A stretch of DNA of 40,349 bases from Candidatus Doudnabacteria bacterium RIFCSPHIGHO2_02_FULL_46_11 (GTDB taxonomy: Bacteria; Patescibacteriota; Doudnabacteria; UBA920; 2-02-FULL-46-11): positions 1-40,349 of the forward strand of contig MFES01000001.1 of NCBI GenBank assembly GCA_001779955.1, read 5' to 3'. Position 1 is the first letter of the stretch. Every line of letters starts with the position of its first letter. This document shows positions 34,479 to 40,349 of the stretch, in pieces. Below the pieces are notes generated by a model that was not told the DNA's origin, searched no databases, and saw only the letters and a list, made by a program, of their open reading frames with translations. Position numbers and translations under genes: made by a program.

Positions 34479-35030
34479 TTATGAAGTTTTTTTTACTATC
34501 TCATCAATCTGCTTATACAAATCCTCAAGGCTTCCATTATTATCAATGTTAAAGTCAGCTTTTTCCTTCAAAGGAATAATAGTTTGCTCGGTTTCTAAAT
34601 TATGATCTTTGAGAAACTCCTCAAAAGTTTTGTGCTGGTCATCGGTGTTATCATCCCGTGAAATTATACGTTGATAACGAATCTTAGGATCGGCCTCAAC
34701 CCACACTAAATAGAATTTAGAAGAGTTTTTAAGAAATTCGACATCTCCTTCTCGTCGTATACCATCAACAACAAAAATAGTCCTCTTACTTTTTTTTATA
34801 TCTCCGGCCACGGCTTTCGAAAATATACTTTCACCAAAATTTTCTCGTAGAATTTGCGAGAGCTTAACTAGGCTCTGTCGAGTATATTCAACTGATATTC
34901 GATCTAATATATCCCTTAAAATATCTGAAAAACGAATATAGTCAGCATTGTACTTTTTGCTCACATACTTACCGATATCGCTTTTTCCCGAAGCGATTAA
35001 TCCTACTAAACCTATCACTGTTTTATCCAT
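34479..35030 (-). CDS. P-loop nucleotide/nucleoside kinase (dNMP kinase or dephospho-CoA kinase-like)
   Basis: 183 aa; Walker A GLIASGKS near the N-terminus, DGIRR-type motif. Function inferred only from fold class and neighbours. Confidence 0.5.
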   Translation of the reverse strand: MDKTVIGLVGLIASGKSDIGKYVSKKYNADYIRFSDILRDILDRISVEYTRQSLVKLSQILRENFGESIFSKAVAGDIKKSKRTIFVVDGIRREGDVEFLKNSSKFYLVWVEADPKIRYQRIISRDDNTDDQHKTFEEFLKDHNLETEQTIIPLKEKADFNIDNNGSLEDLYKQIDEIVKKTS

Positions 35031-35049
35031 AAAAACGGTTATTATATTC

Positions 35050-36150
35050 TTAACTAGGCTCCCAGGGCTTGAAAAACTTAGCTAATTTTATTCCTTGCTG
35101 AGACTGATAGTTGGATTTAAAAATTCCTGATCCATAGCTCGCGCTGGCCTTCTGCGGTAAGTATTCACACCTAAAGGTAGTTATAAGCTGCCCATGCGAA
35201 AGAAAAATAGGAACTGTACCGATATTACGAATCTCGCAAACTACGCTTGCGCCAGATATAGTACCCTCATCTCCGTAGCCAAAGCCCGGATCAAAAAATC
35301 CGGCGTAATGCGATCGTAACTCTCCATGCTCTTGACGATAAGGAACCATCTCTGCACATACTGTTGGAGGTATACGAACCTTCTCAATAGTGGCTGCTAA
35401 AATAAACTCTCCTGGTTCCAAAAATAAACTACCGGAAGAGTCCGTAGATTTTTCCCTAAAATAAATTTTCGGATCTATTTCATCTTTTATCTTCAAAGAA
35501 ATGGGCTTACCGCCCCTCACTGCAACCAAATCTCTGGGGTTAGATTTTAAGTCCAGATGTAGATGCAAACCTTCGTCGGTTATAAGTGCCTCGATATCAT
35601 CATTCGCCACTAAACGCTCGGTTTTATGCAACTCTTGCATTTGCTCTTTAGTTAAAAACGTTCTTTGCCCATCATAAATCCTCATTTGAGCCAACGCTTG
35701 GCCTGCAAATGCTCTAACCGGGAAACTCTGGGGAACAATAAGCATATAAAGCTTCCCACTGTACCCCGCGGGAATAACATTAAAATCATGGGAACCCCTA
35801 GCCAAAACAACGCAATGCAAATCTATACGGCCGGCTGAACTCTTCGGATTAATATAGCCCCAAACTTTTTCCGGAAACTTTACTGAGGTTTGCAATTCGA
35901 CCAAATACACTCCACCGACCAAAAGAGTTGGCTCGATCACTTCGACATTAAAGTGATTCAAGGTGTAGTCCTCAATAAACTTATCCGGATCAAAACCAGC
36001 GGCTAAATTAGGCATACCAGCCACCTGCCAAACTTTTTGGCCAATAGGTAAATCAATTGAGGACGGCTGCAAAATAGCTTCACCTAAAGGCTCTACAGTT
36101 AAAGAGCCTGTTTTTATATGCTCTTTTATTTCATTATCAGATAAAACCAT
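35050..36150 (-). CDS. dcd: 2'-deoxycytidine 5'-triphosphate deaminase, long tandem-domain type
   Basis: 366 aa; MVLSDNEIKEHI.., SSIDLPIG, INPKSSAGRIDL, and a second dUTPase-like half with GFFDPGFG. Confidence 0.7.
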   Translation of the reverse strand: MVLSDNEIKEHIKTGSLTVEPLGEAILQPSSIDLPIGQKVWQVAGMPNLAAGFDPDKFIEDYTLNHFNVEVIEPTLLVGGVYLVELQTSVKFPEKVWGYINPKSSAGRIDLHCVVLARGSHDFNVIPAGYSGKLYMLIVPQSFPVRAFAGQALAQMRIYDGQRTFLTKEQMQELHKTERLVANDDIEALITDEGLHLHLDLKSNPRDLVAVRGGKPISLKIKDEIDPKIYFREKSTDSSGSLFLEPGEFILAATIEKVRIPPTVCAEMVPYRQEHGELRSHYAGFFDPGFGYGDEGTISGASVVCEIRNIGTVPIFLSHGQLITTFRCEYLPQKASASYGSGIFKSNYQSQQGIKLAKFFKPWEPS

Positions 36151-36202
36151 AAATCTATTATACCAAACTTAAAACCCGCCAAAAGTCGTCGGGTTTTAAG
36201 TT

Positions 36203-36886
36203 TTAGACTTGAACTTTTATGCCGGGACCCATTGTAGAATTAATCGTAACCGTAGAAACATATTGTTTTTTAACCGCGGCGGGTTTGGCCCTGACAACTG
36301 CCTGGTAAAATACCTTAAAGTTCTCGGCCAATTCCGAATTGCCAAGATCTGATTTGCCCAAGGTCGCATGAACGTTTCCGGTATCATCGTTTTTAAAATC
36401 CAGGCGGCCGGCCTTAATTTCTTTAATCGCCTTGGCAATATCCGCGGTCACTGTACCGGTTCGGGGGGAAGGCATAAGCCCTCGCGGACCCAAAATTTTG
36501 GCCACAGGGGCGAGTTTGGGCATCATGGCCGGTTCGGCCACGGCTGTATCGAAATCGGTCTTCTGCGAGCCTTGGATTTCCTTAATCAGTTCTTCCCCGC
36601 CAACCACGTCAGCTCCAGCCTTCTTGGCCTCATCTTCCTTGCCGGCCGTTACAAAAGCGATAACCCTAACTGATTTACCGGTACTGTGGGGCAAGGTAAT
36701 CTGGCCGCGCACAGACTGGTCGCTCTGCTTGGCGTCTATGCTCAAATTGATATGAACTTCCACGCTGCCCTTAAACTTGGTCATGGCGGTTTTTTTGGCA
36801 AGCTCAATAGCCTCTTCGATAGAATAAGCCTTTCCCGCCTCGACTAAACTGTGGGCTTCCTTCAAACGTTTGCTGATTTTAGGCAT
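36203..36886 (-). CDS. rplA: 50S ribosomal protein L1
   Basis: Start moved to ATG 36886 (MPKISKRLKEAH..), because the 45-codon track extension is translated from the leader repeat. VRVIAF, GADVVGGEELI, LGPRGLMPSP. Confidence 0.9.
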   Translation of the reverse strand: MPKISKRLKEAHSLVEAGKAYSIEEAIELAKKTAMTKFKGSVEVHINLSIDAKQSDQSVRGQITLPHSTGKSVRVIAFVTAGKEDEAKKAGADVVGGEELIKEIQGSQKTDFDTAVAEPAMMPKLAPVAKILGPRGLMPSPRTGTVTADIAKAIKEIKAGRLDFKNDDTGNVHATLGKSDLGNSELAENFKVFYQAVVRAKPAAVKKQYVSTVTINSTMGPGIKVQV

Positions 36887-37051
36887 AAGTATTTCCTGGG
36901 GTGGGAAAACTCCCGTTTTCCCCCTCCCACCTACCCCCTTTCCTCCACATCGCTCGGGCTGGCAAAGCCAGACCCTCGCTGGGGCTAAAATTGGGGCAAA
37001 TGAGTGGTGATAATGAAGCAAATCTCTTTGCCTCCCACCTGGTTAGCTTGT
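36887..37051 (-). repeat. GC-rich leader repeat, copy R (upstream of rplA)
   Basis: Hairpin 1 GGTGGGA..TCCCACC at 36900-36931, C-rich CCCCCTTTCCTCC, hairpin 2 GCTCGGGCTGGCAAAGCCAGACCCTCGC at 36952-36979. Near-identical blocks occur in 38600-38783. Confidence 0.75.
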
Positions 37052-37414
37052 TTAAACTTGGTTCTCTTTACGGATTACTGACCAGTGATAGGCAAAAAGC
37101 GGCATGCCGACAATGAGTTGGGCTAAGGCTTGAGCCGCCTGCCTTTCGCGGTCAGCTCGGCGCTGCTGATTTTGCCTGTCTTCTTCTTCAGCCTTGCGCG
37201 CGGCGATTTCCTCGTCGGTTAGTACGCGCTCCTCGCCCACCTTGTCAGTCGGGATTCTTTTTTCAACATAAACCGGATAAGTATCAGCATTTTTAAAGAT
37301 AAAAACCTTGAGGCCCAAATCTATAAAACTGACGCTGCCGGTTATAACCAAAACCAGACCGACGGTCGCGAACAAGTAGAGATATACTTTGCGAAGTGTT
37401 AAATTAAAAGCCAT
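37052..37414 (-). CDS. Small membrane protein with charged coiled region, inserted between rplK and rplA
   Basis: 120 aa; N-terminal TM LYLFATVGLVLVITGSV, E/R/Q-rich middle, C-terminal TM LIVGMPLFAYHW. Confidence 0.55.
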   Translation of the reverse strand: MAFNLTLRKVYLYLFATVGLVLVITGSVSFIDLGLKVFIFKNADTYPVYVEKRIPTDKVGEERVLTDEEIAARKAEEEDRQNQQRRADRERQAAQALAQLIVGMPLFAYHWSVIRKENQV

Positions 37415-37514
37415 ATAGTCAATTTTTCAATTCACAATTTTCAATTTTCAATTAATTATTCAATTGAGAAATTAAGAAATTGTTTAGAAATTAATAATTA
37501 GAAATTCAATAGAC
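37415..37514. repeat. AT-rich intergenic repeat, copy 1 (downstream of rplK)
   Basis: Shares a core of roughly 72 nt, TTTCAATTC(A/G)CAATTTTCAATTTTCAATTAATTATTCAATTGAGAAATTAAGAAATTGTTTAGAAATTA, with 37941-38053. Confidence 0.85.
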
Positions 37515-37940
37515 CTAGTCTTTGATTTCTATTCCCATTGAACGAGCAGTACCGGCAATAATCTTTTCCGCCTGCTCAAGGTCGTTGGCGTTAAGATCCT
37601 GCATTTTCTTCTCGGCAATCTCGCGCAGCTGGGTTTTGGTAATTTTACCGACCTTATCTTTTAAAGGGTTGCCCGAGCCTTTAGGCACGCCGGCCGCTTT
37701 AATCAAAAGGGCGGAGGCCGGAGGGGTCTTTAAAACGAAACTAAAGGTTCGATCCTCGAAAATGGTAATTTCCGCGGGCACGACAGTATCGCCCATTTGC
37801 GCAGTCTGCTGGTTGAAAGCATCAACGAACTCCTTGATATTAATACCGTGGGGGCCAAGGGCGGTACCAACCGGCGGCGCAGGTGTGGCCTTTCCGGCCG
37901 CGATCTGCACTTTTACTATTGTCTTTACTTTCTTAGCCAT
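37515..37940 (-). CDS. rplK: 50S ribosomal protein L11
   Basis: 141 aa; [27 protein letters not shown]...FN. Confidence 0.95.
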   Translation of the reverse strand: MAKKVKTIVKVQIAAGKATPAPPVGTALGPHGINIKEFVDAFNQQTAQMGDTVVPAEITIFEDRTFSFVLKTPPASALLIKAAGVPKGSGNPLKDKVGKITKTQLREIAEKKMQDLNANDLEQAEKIIAGTARSMGIEIKD

Positions 37941-38053
37941 ACAAATAAATTTTCAATTCGCAATTTTCAATTTTCAATTAATTATTCAATTGAGAAATTA
38001 AGAAATTGTTTAGAAATTAGAAATTAATAATTAGAAATTAATAATTAGAAATT
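37941..38053. repeat. AT-rich intergenic repeat, copy 2 (downstream of nusG), with extra GAAATTAATAATTA units
   Basis: Direct comparison with 37415-37514: one mismatch in the core, and a different number of terminal short tandem units. Confidence 0.85.
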
Positions 38054-38599
38054 CTAGACTTTCTTCACTTGAAGGAAGTCTAGTTCCACCGGGGTCTCGC
38101 GGCCGAAAATGTTAACCATCACGCGTACCTTGCCCTTCTGCTCGTCAATTTCCGAGACTTTGCCTTCATAATCCTTGAATGGCCCGTCCACAATTCTAGT
38201 CAAATCATCCACGGCAAACTCTATCTTGAATTTCGGCTCTTCGGTGCCCATGCGCTTGGTAATGGATTTTATCTCTTCATCGGAAACCGGCGTCGGAATA
38301 GTGCCGGAACCGACAAAACCGGTGACGTTCGGCGTGTTTCGCACGACGTACCAGGAATCATCGGTAACAACCATTTCCACCAAAACATAACCGGGGAAAA
38401 TTTTCTCTTCCACCGTGGAGCGCTTGCCGCTTTTGACCTTGATCTTTTTCTCCTTCGGCACCATGACATTGAAGATTTTATCTTCCATGCCCATGGATTC
38501 GATGCGCTGTCTCAAGTTAAAAGCTACCGCGTCCTCGTGGCCTGAATAGGTGGAGAGCGCGTACCATCGTTTCTCACCAGTACTAATTTGTTTAGGCAT
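38054..38599 (-). CDS. nusG: Transcription termination/antitermination factor NusG
   Basis: 181 aa; WYALSTYSGHE NGN domain and C-terminal KOW (GPFKDYEGKVSEIDEQKGKVRVMVNIFGRETPVEL). Confidence 0.9.
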   Translation of the reverse strand: MPKQISTGEKRWYALSTYSGHEDAVAFNLRQRIESMGMEDKIFNVMVPKEKKIKVKSGKRSTVEEKIFPGYVLVEMVVTDDSWYVVRNTPNVTGFVGSGTIPTPVSDEEIKSITKRMGTEEPKFKIEFAVDDLTRIVDGPFKDYEGKVSEIDEQKGKVRVMVNIFGRETPVELDFLQVKKV

Positions 38600-38783
38600 A
38601 ATTTACAACTGGGGTGGGAAACTTCCGTTTCCCCCTCCCACCTACAGCGCCTTGGGGCTCCAAAGGGTTGCCGGAGGCAACAACTTCTCGCTGCAAGGTT
38701 CCGCCGAAGGCGGGTTCTTACCCCCTTCCTCTATACGCTCGGACTGGCATAGCCAGATCCTCGCTGGGATAACTGAAAGTTTA
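38600..38783 (-). repeat. GC-rich leader repeat, copy N (upstream of nusG), with a 74-nt extra insert
   Basis: Hairpin 1 at 38613-38642 and hairpin 2 at 38737-38764 match copy R. Insert 38646-38719 carries hairpins GTTGCC-GGA-GGCAAC and CCGCC-GAA-GGCGG. Confidence 0.75.
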
Positions 38784-39338
38784 TTAATCCAACAAAACTA
38801 TTAAAGCGGTTATAATTATCAATATTTCTAAATAAAAAGTAAAGTGTTTGGCGTAGTCCTCAAGTAAATACCTCAACCAGTAGTCAACAAACCCCTTGGC
38901 CTCATGCACCCGCGCCTCATACTTTTTGTTGGCTAAGGCATAAACTTCTTTTTTGTTAAACGGCCAGAGCCACATTACTCCCCATTCAAGACTGTCTAAA
39001 ATAAAATGTGACCAGCCACCCAGCCAGATAAGCAAACCGAACGTTTTCCAAAAAGAAGTGCCGGCAAGCAGAAATATCGCGAGGCCCGCAATCAACCACA
39101 CAGCCGGCGCATGGCTTATGTATGTTCGGTGATTATTGTCGTATTCATCTACCCTAGCCAACCGGAAGCCCCGCAGGCGGTTGAAGGCGTAAAACATATC
39201 CAGGTCCGGCGCAAAACCGACCAGAGCTCCCATCAAGAGTAGTTGATTAACCTCTGCGGACGCGAAACTGTATGGTAAAAAATTTAAAAGAACTTTGCCG
39301 ACCAGATAGCCTCCCGCAATATGTCCCGGCGGCAGCAT
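38784..39338 (-). CDS. DUF457/YdjM-type membrane-bound metal-dependent hydrolase, inserted between secE and nusG
   Basis: ATG 39338 (MLPPGHIAGGYLVGK); the track starts at TTG 39350. Multiple TM segments with conserved H/D residues. Confidence 0.6.
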   Translation of the reverse strand: MLPPGHIAGGYLVGKVLLNFLPYSFASAEVNQLLLMGALVGFAPDLDMFYAFNRLRGFRLARVDEYDNNHRTYISHAPAVWLIAGLAIFLLAGTSFWKTFGLLIWLGGWSHFILDSLEWGVMWLWPFNKKEVYALANKKYEARVHEAKGFVDYWLRYLLEDYAKHFTFYLEILIIITALIVLLD

Positions 39339-39339
39339 T

Positions 39340-39522
39340 CTATAACACAAATCTTTCCAAGACCTCGCTTAGGCCATAATCTATGGCGCCGAGAATCACC
39401 GCCACAAAAAGCGAAATGGCGATAACGTAAAGCGTCATCTTAATAGTCTGCTGGCGTGAAGGCCAAATAACCTTGGTAAGCTCGTTCTTAACGTCTTTTA
39501 TGAAATGGATTGGATTGGCCAT
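39340..39522 (-). CDS. secE: Preprotein translocase subunit SecE
   Basis: Start moved to ATG 39522 (MANPIHFIKDVKNELTKVIWPSRQQT..) with a single C-terminal TM. The track extension covers the GC hairpin 39548-39564. Confidence 0.8.
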   Translation of the reverse strand: MANPIHFIKDVKNELTKVIWPSRQQTIKMTLYVIAISLFVAVILGAIDYGLSEVLERFVL

Positions 39523-39547
39523 AGTCTCGATTCTAATCCCAGTAGTA

Positions 39548-39735
39548 GTCCGCCCTGGGCGGACACTGCGGGACATATATGCTAATTGATACCAATGATA
39601 CTAATGTAGTGCTAATGCCGCTAATATGGTTTCATTCGAATGTTATTCGTATCATTAGCACGCATTCGTATATTGGTATCGCGTCCCCAAGTAATCTTGG
39701 CTTTTTTAAAAGGCCTTCGCGGGCCTTCTTTTTTA
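39548..39735 (-). promoter_or_regulatory. Structured region upstream of secE: GC hairpin, roughly 93-nt imperfect palindrome, two terminator-like hairpins
   Basis: GTCCGCC-CTG-GGCGGAC (39548-39564). Long palindrome 39588-39680 centred on CATTCGAATG. CCAAG-TAAT-CTTGG plus T6 (39687-39707). AAGGCC-TTCGCG-GGCCTT flanked by A and T runs (39706-39735). Confidence 0.5.
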
Positions 39736-39742
39736 TACCCGG

Positions 39743-39771
39743 ATTATAGCAGTACTTTGCCGTCTTTGCAA
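39743..39771 (-). promoter_or_regulatory. Candidate minus-strand promoter (TTGCAA-N17-TATAAT) feeding the secE leader
   Basis: Minus strand: TTGCAA at 39771-39766 and TATAAT at 39748-39743. Confidence 0.45.
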
Positions 39772-39798
39772 GCCCAAAAGCAATTTTAGCGGGGTATA

Positions 39799-39827
39799 TT
39801 GACAAAACTATAAAAAAGGAGTATAAT
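39799..39827 (+). promoter_or_regulatory. Consensus sigma70 promoter for island H (TTGACA-N17-TATAAT)
   Basis: Exact hexamers at 39799-39804 and 39822-39827; SD AGGAGG 8 nt before ATG 39881. Confidence 0.7.
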
Positions 39828-39880
39828 ATAAGATAAGTGCTGTGGCGGTCACGGCACGACTCGGCCAGGAGGATTTTCTT

Positions 39881-40156
39881 ATGAAAACTCGTTCGCGTAT
39901 CGCCCTGCGCATCCAGGCGTATCTGCTCTGGTCACGGTGGGCAACACAAACACGGCGTCTGGTCGTCCGCGCCTGGCGTGGCGTTCTCGACAATCCGTTC
40001 GAGTTCGCCTACTGCGAGATCATCGCGGTCGGTGGTCTCTTCATTCTCGGGGCGCAAGGCGGCGTGACAGTATTCGATATACTCTTCGGAATACTGGCTG
40101 CGATCCTCTTGCCGCCTTTCGTTCTTATGGGACGAAACCAGCGACCGACCCTGTGA
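39881..40156 (+). CDS. Island H: 91-aa small membrane protein, arginine-rich N-terminus
   Basis: Start moved to ATG 39881. MKTRSRIALRIQAYLLWSRW.. followed by hydrophobic IIAVGGLFILGAQGGVTVFDILFGILAAILLPPFVL. GC-rich. Confidence 0.55.
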   Translation: MKTRSRIALRIQAYLLWSRWATQTRRLVVRAWRGVLDNPFEFAYCEIIAVGGLFILGAQGGVTVFDILFGILAAILLPPFVLMGRNQRPTL

Positions 40157-40172
40157 ACAGCGTCAGTAGCAA

Positions 40173-40220
40173 AGCGGCGGTAGCCCACTTGGGTTGCCGC
40201 CGCTGTTTCATTTCTTTTTA
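40173..40220 (+). terminator. Intrinsic terminator of island H
   Basis: AGCGGCGG-N16-CCGCCGCT followed by GTTTCATTTCTTTTT. Confidence 0.7.
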
Positions 40221-40349
40221 GTTTTCTCATTAAAATAAAAACGGCTGCTTTTAAGAAAAATGTCGCGCCCTACTTCATCCTTCAGATTTCGAAGGGCAAG
40301 CAGGCCGCCTGTCCGCCGAAGCTTTGGCGTAGGCGGAAGCGAAAAGAAA

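Noticed and set aside
36887-37021. N-terminal extensions of rplA (to 37021), ftsE (to 30204), secE (to 39576), the Zn-protease (to 25728) and thpR (from 14922) given by the ORF track
   Set aside because: The conserved protein N-termini begin at internal ATGs. The extensions are translated from GC-rich leader repeats, the 41-bp inverted repeat or the upstream gene, and they look non-protein-like.
36901-37116. Plus-strand ORFs inside the leader repeats (36901..37116 and 38550..38804) that share GKLPF.P..P peptides
   Set aside because: The peptide similarity is just the DNA repeat read in frame. They are antisense to the ribosomal operon and overlap the neighbouring gene ends, and there are no start signals.
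37415-38053. Possible CRISPR array formed by the AT-rich repeats
   Set aside because: There are only two copies, they are separated by the intact rplK gene rather than by a spacer, the repeats of about 100 bp are too long and internally tandem, and there are no cas genes in the window.
8215-40220. Interpreting the GC-rich cassettes as integron gene cassettes captured by the 22196..23158 recombinase
   Set aside because: The cassettes are dispersed rather than in an array next to the recombinase. Most carry their own promoter. I found no shared attC-like imperfect palindrome at their borders. The recombinase also reads as an ordinary XerC/D type, with no obvious IntI-specific insertion.

Overview
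The backbone is a gene-dense, AT-leaning bacterial chromosome segment. Hand counts on single 60-nt lines give 30-50% GC. Gene content suggests a streamlined Patescibacteria/CPR-like genome, which is inference only: a short 319-aa MetK, Gmad2, DUF192 and sunset-domain proteins, a double-length ThyX, a tandem-domain dCTP deaminase, and -10 boxes sitting 9-10 nt from start codons. Backbone genes in order are: hppA (partial), PEBP, Gmad2, DUF192, FAD oxidase, pepA, hydrolase, MFS, metK, cca, sod, tRNA-Gln, fmt-def, tmk, thpR, a GT26 glycosyltransferase, gltX, M23 peptidase, a XerC/D-like recombinase, cysteine desulfurase, Zn-protease, an RNA methyltransferase-like protein, rpmA, rplI, ftsEX, prfB (with its +1 frameshift), dut-thyX, a nucleotide kinase, dcd, and secE-nusG-rplK-rplA with two inserted genes. 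The unusual layer is eight visibly GC-rich cassettes (A-H; one line counted at 62% GC) wedged between intact housekeeping genes. Each has its own sigma70-type promoter (three are exact TTGACA-N17-TATAAT), a strong SD and a hairpin terminator, and most products are unrecognisable to me. The largest block (19.5-22.1 kb) encodes a 655-aa protein with three tandem ~57-aa modules plus a divergent 111-aa partner. It lies next to a tyrosine recombinase, inside a 6.2-kb segment bounded by 41-bp inverted repeats. Other signals are tRNA-Gln fragments around a candidate structured RNA, a GC-rich leader-repeat family upstream of ftsE, rplA and nusG, AT-rich repeats flanking rplK, and structured leaders upstream of thyX and secE. 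No rRNA, CRISPR array or transposase was seen. All homology statements come from reading the translations by eye; no searches were run.
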